Both the position numbers and the translations under genes were made by a program. The notes beneath the pieces are model-generated. The model saw only the letters and a program-made list of their open reading frames with translations. It made no database searches and was not told the origin of the DNA. A stretch of DNA of 61,069 nucleotides from Methylococcus sp. (GTDB lineage: Bacteria > Pseudomonadota > Gammaproteobacteria > Methylococcales > Methylococcaceae), in NCBI GenBank assembly GCA_007280285.1, contig QYQA01000003.1:1-61069 (forward strand). Direction: 5' to 3'. Below, piece by piece: positions 9,188-19,391 of this stretch; positions within the stretch are counted from its first letter, which is position 1; each line of letters starts with the position of its first letter.

Positions 9188-9661
9188 TTAAGTCTTCACG
9201 GGTTTTGAGGCCACGTTGATTCCTGATCCGGATGTGTTGCTCTCGACCCAATGGCTTTTGGTGCCTCGTTGTTCCTTTTTCCAAAAAGGCGCGCGGTGTT
9301 TGAGGGCTTCAATCATTCTTGAAGTCGCCGTGATCGCTTCGGCGCGGTGACAAGACCAAGTCCCAATCAGAACGATGGTCTCCCCAGGGACGATATGACC
9401 CACGCGGTGGACGATCAGCCCCCGCTTGAAAGGCGCACTTTGCTGAACCTCTTGGGCTATCCTTTGGAGTTCGTGTTCTGTCATCCGAGGGTAATGCTCC
9501 AACCAGAGCGACTCGACGGCTTCCCCTTCATTGAAGTCGCGCATGGTGCCGATAAAGAGGCTGGCCGCCCCAAAATGCGCCCTGAGATGATCAGGTTCCC
9601 TTTCAAAGTCGCGCAATAGGGCATAGGGATCAAAGGGTGTCTCGCTGAGTTGAATCTCCAT
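9188..9661 (-). CDS. moaE: Molybdopterin synthase catalytic subunit MoaE
   Basis: Start taken at MEIQLSETPFDP, 1 nt after the moaD stop. The upstream part of the track ORF (to 9802) overlaps moaD out of frame. Body is MoaE-like: GAASLFIGTMRD...HYPRMTE...HRVG. Confidence 0.88.
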   Translation of the reverse strand: MEIQLSETPFDPYALLRDFEREPDHLRAHFGAASLFIGTMRDFNEGEAVESLWLEHYPRMTEHELQRIAQEVQQSAPFKRGLIVHRVGHIVPGETIVLIGTWSCHRAEAITATSRMIEALKHRAPFWKKEQRGTKSHWVESNTSGSGINVASKPVKT

Positions 9662-9662
9662 T

Positions 9663-9896
9663 TTAGCCTCCGGTGACAAAAGGAAAAAAGGCCACCTCAT
9701 CACCGTCTTGAACGGGAGAATCAGGTTTGGCATAGGCCATGTTGACGGCGCAAAGGAGATGATCAGGAAAGGCCTCGCCCTGATGAACGACCTTCCAGAC
9801 ATCGCTGACGGTCACAATCCCCTCAGGCGACAGCCTTTCTTCTATTCGCCCCATGGTTTCCCGAAGGCTTGCGAAATAGCGGACATGAATCGACAT
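9663..9896 (-). CDS. moaD: Molybdopterin synthase sulfur-carrier subunit MoaD
   Basis: 77 aa ending in the ubiquitin-like C-terminus ...FFPFVTGG. Confidence 0.9.
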   Translation of the reverse strand: MSIHVRYFASLRETMGRIEERLSPEGIVTVSDVWKVVHQGEAFPDHLLCAVNMAYAKPDSPVQDGDEVAFFPFVTGG

Positions 9897-9931
9897 CGAC
9901 GTTTCCCTCGTTTTTTTGGGTGTCGGTGATC

Positions 9932-10543
9932 TTAACGTTCAACCCGACAAAAATGGCGATCCGGCCGAGCGAGCTTCTCGACCAGCTGATCATGATCATC
10001 CGGCCCTGAAAGCCACATGTTGAGTGTAAGGTTCTCGAGAAAGTCAGGCACCGCAGGATCTATGATGCCATCTTGGATCAGGGCGTCGGCCGTTTTACGG
10101 CGTTCTAAAAGGCTTATTGATTTGACTAAGAGCAGGTCTTTAGCGCCGAGCCGCTGTGCTAACCACACCGCAAGGCTGTCGGAGGTCACGCGCCAAGAGG
10201 CCTCCACATAAGGCCCCTGAAGCTCATCCGGATCAGGGAGCCAACAGCGTGCGCGTTGATCCTGGGCCTTGTTGTTTAGCAACGTCTCCGTGGACGCCAG
10301 CGTCAGATTGGATTCGATACCGCTCAGCATCAGTGCGTATTGGCGCATGGCAAGGATGGCCATCCGGTGGGCGAGCCGGTCATCGAAATGCCATTGCGCC
10401 TGAGCGCTTCTCACCGCATCGGCAAATATCCCGCCCCCAGGGACGATAACGACCGGGATGTTCCTCAATGCCTTGAGCCAATCGCCAAGGACGTTCAAAG
10501 ATCCAAGACTGCCACCCAGCTTAACCATCCAAGGCATCGGCAT
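9932..10543 (-). CDS. Amino-acid-kinase-fold protein of the H4MPT/methylofuran gene set (Orf20-type; possibly MfnE-like)
   Basis: VKLGGSL...VVIVPGGGIFAD is the kinase N-lobe motif. It overlaps the pabB stop by 23 nt. The MfnE analogy is from memory. Confidence 0.7.
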   Translation of the reverse strand: MPMPWMVKLGGSLGSLNVLGDWLKALRNIPVVIVPGGGIFADAVRSAQAQWHFDDRLAHRMAILAMRQYALMLSGIESNLTLASTETLLNNKAQDQRARCWLPDPDELQGPYVEASWRVTSDSLAVWLAQRLGAKDLLLVKSISLLERRKTADALIQDGIIDPAVPDFLENLTLNMWLSGPDDHDQLVEKLARPDRHFCRVER

Positions 10544-11927
10544 ATTTTTGCTCTAGTCTTAAGGCTTCGATGAGTCGCAACATGGCGGAGGCTTTGTGAT
10601 AACACTCTTGATATTCTGAAGCACCGGATGAATCGGCAACGATGCCGCCACCGGCCCAGAACCTCAAGCAGTGATCTGAGTGAACCAGGGTTCTAATCGC
10701 AATATTACTGTCCATGTTGCCATCAAAGCCGATATAGGCAATGCTCCCGCAATAGATCCCTCGGCGCTGGGGTTCAAGTTCTTCGATGATCTCCATGGCC
10801 CTTATTTTAGGCGCGCCGGTGATCGATCCCCCAGGAAAGCAGCTTCTAAGAAGATCGATGGCATCATCCTCTCTTCGGAGTTGGCCGCGGATGGTACTGA
10901 CCATATGATGCACGGTGGCGTAGCTCTCGATTTCAAACAGATGCGGCACATGGACCGATCCTGGTGCGCAATTTTTGCCGATGTCGTTTCGAAGGAGATC
11001 GACGATCATCAGGTTTTCGCTACGATCTTTTGGGCTGTCCTTGAGTTCAAGGACTTGCCTTGCATCACCGATGACGTCATGAAGCCTTGGGCGAGTGCCC
11101 TTGATCGGTTTGGTTTCGACGAGGTCACCTGACACCTTAATGAACCGCTCGGGTGATGAGGAGAGCACTTCGAGCCCGGGATAATTGAGAAATGCGCCGA
11201 AAGGGGCCGGGTTGAACGTTCGTAGCTGCTGATAGGCGGTCCAGGCGTGACCCTGGGTTGGCGCTGAAAACCTGAGGGCGAGATTGACCTGATAGCAATC
11301 GCCGGCCTGGATGTAGTGTTGTATCCGGTCAAAGGCTTTGAGATAGGCGCCTTCCTTGAGATTGGTTTTGGGTTCTTCAAGGACTTCAAAATCGCCCCGC
11401 TGCCAGCCAAGCATCTGGATTTGGCTGAAACTCTTTAAGAGATGGGGCCAGCGCTTCAGGAGCCCTGCTGATTCTTTTTTTCCAACCAGCCGCGTCCGCC
11501 GCTCATGGTGATCGACCACCAACGCCCAATCATAAATGCCCATCATCATGTCCGGAATCCCTTCGGCATCCTCTGCAAGCACCGGCAGCCGTTCCAGGCG
11601 TCTTCCGAGGTCATAGCCTATGTAGCCCAAGGCTCCCCCACAGAAGGGCAGGCCCTCGGTCGGTTGAATGAACTCACCCAACGCCTCCCTCAGGAGCGAA
11701 AAGGGGTCCTCAAGAGAGAGAACGACGCCGGTTTCATCGCGGATTTCAGTGTGAGGCCCCTCGGTCACCAGGGTTTTGATCGGGTCGGCAGCGATGATGT
11801 CATAACGCCCCTGACGACTATGGGGAAAGCCGCTGTCAAGGAACACGGACCAGGGTCGGTCGGCAAACGGGATGAAGAGCGCGGCGCTGTCTTCAAAATA
11901 AGGGAGTTCCTGAATGTTAAGTTTCAT
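10521..11927 (-). CDS. pabB: Aminodeoxychorismate synthase component I (chorismate-utilising enzyme)
   Basis: 468 aa with SPERF, KGTRPR, ENLMIVDLLRND and PGGSITGAPK motifs. The context next to pABA-consuming mptG favours PabB over TrpE. Confidence 0.85.
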   Translation of the reverse strand: MKLNIQELPYFEDSAALFIPFADRPWSVFLDSGFPHSRQGRYDIIAADPIKTLVTEGPHTEIRDETGVVLSLEDPFSLLREALGEFIQPTEGLPFCGGALGYIGYDLGRRLERLPVLAEDAEGIPDMMMGIYDWALVVDHHERRTRLVGKKESAGLLKRWPHLLKSFSQIQMLGWQRGDFEVLEEPKTNLKEGAYLKAFDRIQHYIQAGDCYQVNLALRFSAPTQGHAWTAYQQLRTFNPAPFGAFLNYPGLEVLSSSPERFIKVSGDLVETKPIKGTRPRLHDVIGDARQVLELKDSPKDRSENLMIVDLLRNDIGKNCAPGSVHVPHLFEIESYATVHHMVSTIRGQLRREDDAIDLLRSCFPGGSITGAPKIRAMEIIEELEPQRRGIYCGSIAYIGFDGNMDSNIAIRTLVHSDHCLRFWAGGGIVADSSGASEYQECYHKASAMLRLIEALRLEQKYADALDG

Positions 11928-12997
11928 CAGGGGTCGATCGCTGCATCGAAGGCCAAAAAGGCCACCGCGGCGGCGGGCGCCATATCGCTGATATCGAACC
12001 CAAGGGATGGGCGGTTGCCTTTAAAGAGGTCGCCGAAGTCCTTGTAGGGACGCCGAAGCCTCATGGCTAGATCCTTGACGAGGAAGCGGCCGATACCCGC
12101 CCCGATGAGTGGGGCGCTGTCATCGAGGGATCCCAAGGATAATTGGATATCGACCCCGGATCTCAGTTGTTGAATCTGTTGCTCTCGAATAAAGGCCGAA
12201 AGCTGCAAGAGGGCCTTCGGGCTAAGATCCATGGCGTCGTAGCCGAACTGGCGGGCCAGCCGGAGCTGGCTGCCCGCGGGTGATTTGGCCCCGTGATCGG
12301 CGGCGGGGTATTGGTCGGCCGCTTCTTGAAGTTCACCGGTCAATCGATAAACATCGGCGCTGGTGGCGAAGACTTCTGCCATGACGTGCGCCCATTGGCC
12401 CCTGAGCGGCGCGGCTTTGGCCATCATCATCACCGGCGTTCTGACGATCCCGGTGTACATCAGTTCCTGGTAAAAGAGCCGTTCGTTGTCAGCATAGCCC
12501 CGATATCGTGGTTGATGGTTTTCAATCAGGAGGAGGTCGGTCGTGGTACTCCCGACATCCATGAAGAGCCCATGAGCAATGCGTCCCGCTAAACTAAATC
12601 CGCTGGCTAACCAGTTGGCCGAGGCCATCCGTCCCGTCATGTCAGGAGAAACATCGGCCGCGGGAACCGGGCGCTTATCGCCCGAGAAGAGATGAACGGA
12701 TTCTCGACCAAAGCGCCGGGTAGCGACCTCGGTGATTGCTAAAACGCCTTCCGACCGGGAGGCGAAGGCATCGGTCAGTTCACCCGTCATGGTGATCACG
12801 TGACGGGGTTTCGAAAAAGAGGGCAGACGGTCTAAAATGCGATCAAGGGCCAGGTCGAGCTCTAAAAGACCCTGCCATAGGGGGCAGGCCGTCTGCTCCA
12901 CGGCCGCCACTTGGCCATCGACCAGGGCGACGGCCTTGAGGTGAGCGCCGCCGATATCCCATCCGATGATGGCGTTATTGCTGATCTCAAAGTGCAA
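11927..12997 (-). CDS. Hydantoinase/oxoprolinase-fold protein, H4MPT-linked C1 transfer pathway family (Orf21-type)
   Basis: IIGWDIGGAHLKA and DVGSTTTDL are ASKHA-type ATPase motifs. It overlaps its neighbours by 1 nt and 11 nt. Confidence 0.75.
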   Translation of the reverse strand: MHFEISNNAIIGWDIGGAHLKAVALVDGQVAAVEQTACPLWQGLLELDLALDRILDRLPSFSKPRHVITMTGELTDAFASRSEGVLAITEVATRRFGRESVHLFSGDKRPVPAADVSPDMTGRMASANWLASGFSLAGRIAHGLFMDVGSTTTDLLLIENHQPRYRGYADNERLFYQELMYTGIVRTPVMMMAKAAPLRGQWAHVMAEVFATSADVYRLTGELQEAADQYPAADHGAKSPAGSQLRLARQFGYDAMDLSPKALLQLSAFIREQQIQQLRSGVDIQLSLGSLDDSAPLIGAGIGRFLVKDLAMRLRRPYKDFGDLFKGNRPSLGFDISDMAPAAAVAFLAFDAAIDP

Positions 12998-13982
12998 GGT
13001 GGTGTCGTCCTAGGGTGTCCGTGGGAACCGATGGAAGGCGTCCAGTTTCAAGAAGATCCATGAGCCACAAGGCGGGATTATGACCTAAGGCCTGATGGAG
13101 GCCGACATAGGAGGTGGTCAGGCGCGGGTTGATTTCAAGCACAAAGAGTCCTTCCGCATGCTCCACCAAATCAATGCCGATATACCCCCAAAGGCCTGGA
13201 AAGGTGGCAGCAACGTCTTTCACGAGCGCGGCGAATCGTCCATCGGTGTCCGCCCGCGCATTGACCTCAAGACCTTTGAGTCTGAATCCATGATTGACCC
13301 GATCAATCTCCTGAAGGTTACAGCTTATCAGGACTCCCTGACCCGCCGCAAAAATGGCCGAGAGGCTCAGAAAGCTTCCAGACATAAGCGGTTGCCCTAC
13401 TTTTTCCTCACCCAAACCTCCATTTGATAAGAGGAGCTCCCAGTCTTTGAGGGCCTCTATAAGATAAATCCCTTCACAGCCAGCGCCATCCTCCGGCTTG
13501 ATGACAAACGGCATGGGCAGTGGGGGTGACGCTAAAGGTCCTATCAACCGATGTGACTCAACGCAGGCGATGCCGTTTTGGGTGAGCCGTTTGAAGGCCG
13601 CATACTTGCCGGCAGCGCGGCGAATCCAGAGGGCCGGGCTTGCGATCAGCCGCTTGCCCTGTTGCGCGACCATCTGACAAATCGTTTCGAGAACCCGACC
13701 CGTCTCCGGCGCAATAGGCCACACCGCATCCGCATGCTGGATTGCCTCATGGAGGTTTTTGAGCGGCTGGTCGCCGCTGACCGGGAGCCATTGAATGTCG
13801 CCGTGATCCTCTTGAAAAGGGGGTAAGGCCACATGCCGGAGGACTTGAAGCTCAACGTTTCTGACCTCCCTAAGATCACGAATCAGAGCCTTGATCATCA
13901 CGTCGCCCTCGTTGAGAAGGGTGGGCGAGAGGCCCTTCAGGTCGCCTCCGGCGGTAAGATGCTCATAGATTAGTATCTTCAT
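12987..13982 (-). CDS. ATP-grasp ligase (Orf22-type; possibly MfnD-like)
   Basis: 331 aa. The C-terminal half has the ATP-grasp pattern VIKPEDGAGCEGI...GIDLV...LEINPR. Confidence 0.7.
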   Translation of the reverse strand: MKILIYEHLTAGGDLKGLSPTLLNEGDVMIKALIRDLREVRNVELQVLRHVALPPFQEDHGDIQWLPVSGDQPLKNLHEAIQHADAVWPIAPETGRVLETICQMVAQQGKRLIASPALWIRRAAGKYAAFKRLTQNGIACVESHRLIGPLASPPLPMPFVIKPEDGAGCEGIYLIEALKDWELLLSNGGLGEEKVGQPLMSGSFLSLSAIFAAGQGVLISCNLQEIDRVNHGFRLKGLEVNARADTDGRFAALVKDVAATFPGLWGYIGIDLVEHAEGLFVLEINPRLTTSYVGLHQALGHNPALWLMDLLETGRLPSVPTDTLGRHHLAL

Positions 13983-14014
13983 CCGTGAATCTCCCCTTAA
14001 GCCAACGTTTTCCC

Positions 14015-14704
14015 ATGGAACTTATTCCTGTCATAGACCTTATGCAAGGTCTCGTGGTTCATGCCAAAGGCGGACAACGGGATCAGTATCAGCCGCTTAA
14101 AAGCCCCCTCAGCCTCGATGCGAGCCCTGAAAGGGTCATCGAAGGCTTGCTGACCCTCGCGCCCTTTAAAACGGTGTATATCGCCGATCTTGATGCGTTG
14201 ATGGGGCATCAGCCCCAATGGCGCCGGCTCAACCAGTTGACGGACGCATTCCCCGAGATCCTTTTTTGGCTGGATGTGGCCGGGTTGGATGTTCCTCGGC
14301 GGGGAGTCATGGGTCCGTTGCGGGTCGTGGGCAGTGAATCGCTCGCACTCTGCTTTGAGGAACGACTTTTGCCATGGCCGCAAGAGAGCATCTTGTCGCT
14401 TGATTTTATGGGCGCTCACTTTAAAGGACCCCCTGGTTTGCTGGTCTCTGATCGGTGCTGGCCATGCCGAGTGATCCTTATGAACCTTGCCCGGGTGGGG
14501 CGTGGCGATGGCCCGCATTTGGCCCAACTCGAATGCTTCAGAGCAGACTTTCCAGGTCACGATTATTTTGTGGCGGGCGGGGTGAGGCATGAAGCCGACC
14601 TCTTGGATCTTAAGGTCGCCGGTGCCAAAGGGGTCTTGTTGGCCAGTGCCCTTCATGATGCGAGGATAGACCCTTTGAGTCTTTCAAGGATCATGACCGC
14701 CTAA
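14015..14704 (+). CDS. HisA/HisF-related TIM-barrel protein (Orf19-type; possibly MfnF-like)
   Basis: MELIPVIDLMQGLVVHAKGG... is a HisA/F-like N-terminus and GGVRHEADL a C-terminal phosphate-binding motif. The track ORF starts at GTG 13985; I prefer ATG 14015. Confidence 0.7.
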   Translation: MELIPVIDLMQGLVVHAKGGQRDQYQPLKSPLSLDASPERVIEGLLTLAPFKTVYIADLDALMGHQPQWRRLNQLTDAFPEILFWLDVAGLDVPRRGVMGPLRVVGSESLALCFEERLLPWPQESILSLDFMGAHFKGPPGLLVSDRCWPCRVILMNLARVGRGDGPHLAQLECFRADFPGHDYFVAGGVRHEADLLDLKVAGAKGVLLASALHDARIDPLSLSRIMTA

Positions 14705-14733
14705 TGGAACGGCCGTTGGCGGACGAGAAGGAT

Positions 14734-14767
14734 AAAAAAAGCCGCCCCCGATAAGGGGCGGCTTTTT
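14734..14767. terminator. Bidirectional Rho-independent terminator between the TIM-barrel gene (+) and fae (-)
   Basis: AAAAAAA-GCCGCCCC-cgataa-GGGGCGGC-TTTTT: an 8-bp GC stem flanked by A and T runs. Confidence 0.9.
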
Positions 14768-14782
14768 CCTGCAAGCGGACGC

Positions 14783-15295
14783 TTACTTGTGGGCAGCGAA
14801 GGGGTGCTCAACCAGACCCTTTTGCTTCAACACTTCAGCCACCTTTGGTTCGCCAGCTACGGCGCGCTTGATGGACAGCTTAGTCGCTTCGTAGTTGTAG
14901 TCTTGGATCTTCGCGTCATCTTCAGCCAACCAGTGAATGAAGACACCGACGCAGATGAAGAGGTCATCAGCTTCATCCGCTGGGATGGTGCCATCCTCAA
15001 CACAATCAGCAACGGCCATAGCCACACCACGTTGTGCAGGTCCAAACATCTGAGTGGCCTGCTTGCCATTCTTGATGGTGACCTTGTTGAACATGACGGT
15101 TGCAGGCTTGCACAGAAGGTTTGGTGCAACGACAGCCAAGAGGCTGGTGAAGCCATCTTTGTTGTTGGTGACGCAGTTAGCGAAAGCCGTTTCAGCGGCG
15201 CTACCGCGTGGGCCCATGATCAGGTCAACGTGAGCGATTTCGTTGCCACCGCCACAAAGTGCTTCGCCGACCAGAAGTTTGTTGATTTTTCCCAT
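14783..15295 (-). CDS. fae: Formaldehyde-activating enzyme (5,6,7,8-tetrahydromethanopterin hydro-lyase)
   Basis: [38 protein letters not shown]...[12 protein letters not shown]...[13 protein letters not shown]...VGVFIHW...HPFAA. 170 aa, near-colinear with Methylobacterium Fae as I remember it. SD is GAGGAA. The track ORF extends to 15412. Confidence 0.95.
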   Translation of the reverse strand: MGKINKLLVGEALCGGGNEIAHVDLIMGPRGSAAETAFANCVTNNKDGFTSLLAVVAPNLLCKPATVMFNKVTIKNGKQATQMFGPAQRGVAMAVADCVEDGTIPADEADDLFICVGVFIHWLAEDDAKIQDYNYEATKLSIKRAVAGEPKVAEVLKQKGLVEHPFAAHK

Positions 15296-15438
15296 GACTA
15301 ATTCCTCGGTATTACCGTCGTTGTTAAAGAAAGAAAAGAATTTTTTTAAAATGGACATTGGCTTGTCTCCTCGGCAGATCCCCGTGGGGGCCTTTATTGT
15401 TATTGGTCCCAAGGCTTCACAGCCTGATGTCTTTTTTA

Positions 15439-16287
15439 TCAGCAGCGTTCAAGTTGGTAGGCTAATAGTGCCGCAACCGTTAAGTCTGCTGTGGTACCCG
15501 GATTGATCCCCCGTTGCTTTAATTCTCGATCCAGCACCTGGAGTTCCCCGTAGATCTTAGAGGGCCATCCGGGCCCCGAAATCCTGGCGTTGATTTGAGC
15601 TACACGCACGGAAAGGTCCCGCGCGAGGTCGCCACCAAATTTTCGCTCTATGTGGCTGTCTGGGAAGTCGCTGAGTAATCTCAGGTAAACGGCCACAGTC
15701 GCCCATACGTCCTCATCCCCTAAGGATAACCTACAATGATACAACGGAACGGCCGTGTGGAAAATATCCTCGAAGCTATTCGCGTACTGGCGGGCAATGA
15801 AGTCGCGTTCCGCGGCCAGCTGCATGGATTCGAGCAGGGTCACTTTTGGGGGCTCATGGACATCGGCCTCGGGGGCTTGACCCAGTCCTCCAGGAGCGGC
15901 ATGGCGGATGGCCTTGAAGACCATAGCGGCATCGGAAAGGGTGGTCTCGGCAAGGATGTCGGCCAGTACTGTTTGCAGTGGAGTCTCTGTCTTTTTCCGC
16001 AAGTACGCCTCGATCAAAGGCGCTGCCAGCAGCACGATGCCAAGATTTGTATTGCATCCAGCGGCCGCGCGTGTCGCCTCAATGGCGAGGAGGATGCGTT
16101 CACCGAGGGCGAGGTCTGTTTGGGTCAGTGCGGTCGCGCTGGCCCTCGCGCTGTGACGAAAATCCTCCGGGGTCATGTCATGTCCTTCGGATTCATCACT
16201 GACATTGCCGGGCTTGAAGGCTCGGATTTCAAGGTCGCAGGCCAAGAGATAGGCGGCTTTGGCCCGCTGTTCCCTTTGCTTGATCAT
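15439..16287 (-). CDS. Triphosphoribosyl-dephospho-CoA synthase (CitG/MdcB)-family protein, H4MPT cluster Orf7-type
   Basis: 282 aa with KPGNVS...NTNLGIVLL...INPGTTADL, CitG-like motifs. Confidence 0.8.
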   Translation of the reverse strand: MIKQREQRAKAAYLLACDLEIRAFKPGNVSDESEGHDMTPEDFRHSARASATALTQTDLALGERILLAIEATRAAAGCNTNLGIVLLAAPLIEAYLRKKTETPLQTVLADILAETTLSDAAMVFKAIRHAAPGGLGQAPEADVHEPPKVTLLESMQLAAERDFIARQYANSFEDIFHTAVPLYHCRLSLGDEDVWATVAVYLRLLSDFPDSHIERKFGGDLARDLSVRVAQINARISGPGWPSKIYGELQVLDRELKQRGINPGTTADLTVAALLAYQLERC

Positions 16288-17198
16288 CCGGTTCTTTGGG
16301 ATTTTGCGGCTTGATGCGCTGTTCTTGACAGGAAATCATCCACTAATCGCTCGGCAACGGCGATCGGCGCCACGGTTTGCAGACCCTTCCAGGCTGGGAT
16401 GCTGTTGACCTCGAGGATGAAGTATCGGCCATGGCGGTCCCGAATGATGTCGACGCCAGCGTAGGCCATCTCGAGCACGGCAACGGCGTCTTCGGCCAGC
16501 CGCGATAGCCGAATGTCATCGAGATGGACCGCTTCACAAAGGCCGCCTTGATGGACATTGTTGAGCCAGCTAACGCCGGATCTGCGCATCGCGGCGACCG
16601 CTTTGCCTCCGATCACAAAAACCCGAAAGTCGTGGGTCGAATCGCCGGAGTCGACATAACGCTGAAGATAAAAGACCCCTTGATCGTCCGAAAAGCCTTT
16701 CAGCTCGTCGCGCTGCTGATAGCGCCTAAGACCGATGCCCTGAGAGCCAAACAGGGGTTTTTGGACCACCCCGTGACCGGCGTTAATTTCCCGCTCGACA
16801 AGAGCGAGGGCTTGCACTTCATCGCGGGAGACCCACGCCGCAGGTGTAGGAATGCCGGCCTGTTGGAGCATGAAACTGGTCATGGCTTTATCAACGGTCC
16901 GCTCGATGGCTCGGGCACCGTTGTAGACTGTGATGCCAAGCAGCTCAAGGCCATGGAGCACATCGAGGTAAAAAGTCACCTGCTCTAGGCTGCCTCCCGG
17001 GATTCCGCGGACAAAGACCCCTTCCGGCAAACGGTCTTCAAATCCCTTCATCCTGATGGGGAGCTGAGAGTCCTCGATGATCAGCGCGCATTCGGTGAGA
17101 CTCAAAAAGACGGCCTCATGGCCCTTGATCTTCAGGGCGTCCTTAAGCCGCTTCCCATGCCAGCCCGGGTCGTCGGTGATGACAGCGATTCGTGCCAC
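16284..17198 (-). CDS. mptN: RimK-type ATP-grasp; tetrahydromethanopterin:alpha-L-glutamate ligase-like (Orf5/MptN)
   Basis: 304 aa, RimK-like (VVQKPLFGSQGIGL...AGVDII...ILEVNSIPAW). 4-nt overlap with the downstream gene. The symbol is assigned by context. Confidence 0.75.
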   Translation of the reverse strand: MARIAVITDDPGWHGKRLKDALKIKGHEAVFLSLTECALIIEDSQLPIRMKGFEDRLPEGVFVRGIPGGSLEQVTFYLDVLHGLELLGITVYNGARAIERTVDKAMTSFMLQQAGIPTPAAWVSRDEVQALALVEREINAGHGVVQKPLFGSQGIGLRRYQQRDELKGFSDDQGVFYLQRYVDSGDSTHDFRVFVIGGKAVAAMRRSGVSWLNNVHQGGLCEAVHLDDIRLSRLAEDAVAVLEMAYAGVDIIRDRHGRYFILEVNSIPAWKGLQTVAPIAVAERLVDDFLSRTAHQAAKSQRTG

Positions 17199-18194
17199 TT
17201 ATTGGTCGAATGAACGATCAAGAAGCGCTTCATCGAGGCCACCTGCATGGAAGCTGTTCCCGGACTCAACGGCCGTCACGATGACTTTGGCGGGACTGAA
17301 GAGCATGGCATCGACCTTGAAGAAGTCATAACCATACTCTTTGAAGACCTCGGCAAAGGGCTTGCCGTAATCCCTCGAGGTTGAACTTGGAAGCTCCACG
17401 GCCAAGGCTTTAGCTGCCTCATCGGTTCCCTTGACGAAAAGGTGGACGGTGCCGCCAAAGAGAATGGCATCATTGGTTCTTCCCATCGCTTTCACGAAAT
17501 TAGGATGGGGCGGTGGAACCGGTGCCGAGGCCATGCCGTCGAGAATATTACCCAATGGGAAATGCAGGGAATGCGCCTTGTGGAGCGCGACTTCAAGGAC
17601 CCGACTGACCACCTGCATGCCGCCAGCAAGGCTGGAGGTCGGAGTCAAGATGACATGAACGCTGTCGGTTTCAACCTTGCAGGCCCTGGCGATCATGTCG
17701 ACCACCTCCGTGGGTGGAACCTTGTCCACTTCCATCACGATGGCGGTTTCTCCAAACACATCGCGATAGCCGAGCTCTTCATAAAGGCTCTCCACCGGCT
17801 TCTCGATGCCCTCTTTTTGTTTGGTGGCCATCGCTCGGGCGGGGCCTGAGCCTAAGGCAAAGAAGGCACCCTTGCCTTCACCATGGGAGAGGCTCCATCC
17901 CGCGTACTGACTCCCAAGGCACGCAAAGACAGGATTGGTGCTGTGCACATTCACCATTGTGGGCCAACGCTTGAAGGGGGAATTCTGAGTGAGGCTGACT
18001 TTGCCTAATCCACCCATACAGACTTCAGCGATCAGTCGACCCGCCTCAAGCCCTCCCAGGGCCTGGATGCCGGCATCAATGACGGTGCAGTTGTTGGCAA
18101 GACGATCGATCTTAAGACGCAACCGATCTGCATGCGCAATCATGTACTTAACGATGGGAAGAGCGTAGGCGTTGACGCTGACGTGGGACTGCAT
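17199..18194 (-). CDS. mch: Methenyltetrahydromethanopterin cyclohydrolase
   Basis: 331 aa, Mch-like throughout: VNAYALPIV...DAGI...[18 protein letters not shown]...LGSGPARA. Confidence 0.9.
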   Translation of the reverse strand: MQSHVSVNAYALPIVKYMIAHADRLRLKIDRLANNCTVIDAGIQALGGLEAGRLIAEVCMGGLGKVSLTQNSPFKRWPTMVNVHSTNPVFACLGSQYAGWSLSHGEGKGAFFALGSGPARAMATKQKEGIEKPVESLYEELGYRDVFGETAIVMEVDKVPPTEVVDMIARACKVETDSVHVILTPTSSLAGGMQVVSRVLEVALHKAHSLHFPLGNILDGMASAPVPPPHPNFVKAMGRTNDAILFGGTVHLFVKGTDEAAKALAVELPSSTSRDYGKPFAEVFKEYGYDFFKVDAMLFSPAKVIVTAVESGNSFHAGGLDEALLDRSFDQ

Positions 18195-18244
18195 GGGGAA
18201 GGTTCTCCGGACGTTCTAGGTTCTTCAATCAGGATGGGGTCATT

Positions 18245-19345
18245 CTAAGCACTTGCGGGCACAATCGTTCGTTCAAGAAGGGCGGATCGCTCATCAAGGA
18301 GCGCCAGGACCTCCGCCTCGTCAGATCCTTCTGCTCGAATCGTGCACAGGGGCTGATCGGGATCAATCACGGTATCATCCACCGGTCGATCTTGGCACCA
18401 AGAGGGCCATTTATCACTGGCTTTCGCCACGATGTTCTGACGGGCGGTGATCACCCTGAACGCCCTTATCTTAGAAGGCGATCCAATGGGACTCAAGTGT
18501 CCTCGGCAGGCCCTGATGTGCGCAGCCACCAGGCCTTCTGGAGCATCGTCGTCATAAAGGGCCATAGAAGCGCTTGGGCGGGGATTAACCTCCATCACGA
18601 GCACCTCGCCTTGAGGCGACAGCATGAAATCAAGACTGTTCATTCCTCTAAGCCCGGTGGCCTGAACCAAGCATCGAATGCTCCTCGTTATCGCTTGCCG
18701 CTGATGCCCTTTAAGCCCCGAGGCATGGATAGCGCCGACAAACAGAAACGGTCTTTCAAGGTCTCCTTGGTTCCAAAGGGTGTTGAATCCGATGATCCGG
18801 GCCTCCCGACCATTGGCCAAAAACAAGGCTGAATAGGCGGGGCCTGAAAGACGCTGCTGCAGATACTCAAGAGGGCCCAAAGGCTTATCGGCGCAGAATC
18901 GTACACCCTTGCCCCCTTCGCTGCAACCAGACTTCACTAACCAATCATCCCCCCCGAGAGCGAGATCGAAGCGTGTTGCGGGGAAGGGGATCTTGAGTTG
19001 CTGCAAGAGATGAAAGAAACGCCTGGGGTCTTTGAAAAATCGCAGCAGCGGTGGGGGATTGCCAATGATCTCCCGGTTTTTAGATAGTTTTTGAAGGAGG
19101 TCAGGCTGCGGGTCAAAGCCACTCCCATAGATCATGGGGATCTGATCATCTCGCGCGAGGTGATCAATAGCAGCAACGAGCTGGGTCTCATCGAAACGCC
19201 CTGAAGCATGGCCCAGTGCCATCGCTTCGGTGGCCGCTTCTCGGGTTTCCCTGTCCGCATAATGGTCGATCGCTAAGGTGTTGATCTGCGCTTTTTTGGC
19301 GGATTCAACCAGCATTCTGGCCGAGCAACTGATGATCAGCAGCAC
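18245..19345 (-). CDS. ATP-grasp protein of the H4MPT cluster (Orf17-type)
   Basis: The ORF is open to 19573, but its first 76 codons overlap mptG and are Arg/Pro/Ser-rich nonsense. Likely start is GTG 19345 (MLLIISCSARMLVESAKK); ATG 19315 is the alternative. C-terminal ATP-grasp motif: NSLDFML...VMEVNPRP. Confidence 0.75.
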   Translation of the reverse strand: MLLIISCSARMLVESAKKAQINTLAIDHYADRETREAATEAMALGHASGRFDETQLVAAIDHLARDDQIPMIYGSGFDPQPDLLQKLSKNREIIGNPPPLLRFFKDPRRFFHLLQQLKIPFPATRFDLALGGDDWLVKSGCSEGGKGVRFCADKPLGPLEYLQQRLSGPAYSALFLANGREARIIGFNTLWNQGDLERPFLFVGAIHASGLKGHQRQAITRSIRCLVQATGLRGMNSLDFMLSPQGEVLVMEVNPRPSASMALYDDDAPEGLVAAHIRACRGHLSPIGSPSKIRAFRVITARQNIVAKASDKWPSWCQDRPVDDTVIDPDQPLCTIRAEGSDEAEVLALLDERSALLERTIVPASA

Positions 19346-19391
19346 GTCTGGAAGATCAAGCCGTGGCCGACCTTCATCGAAGACAGGGCGC

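Noticed and set aside
14789-15301. A 170-aa plus-strand ORF almost exactly coextensive with fae.
   Set aside because: It is in the same codon-aligned antisense frame as above. fae itself is unmistakable, and the antisense product has no signal or motif.
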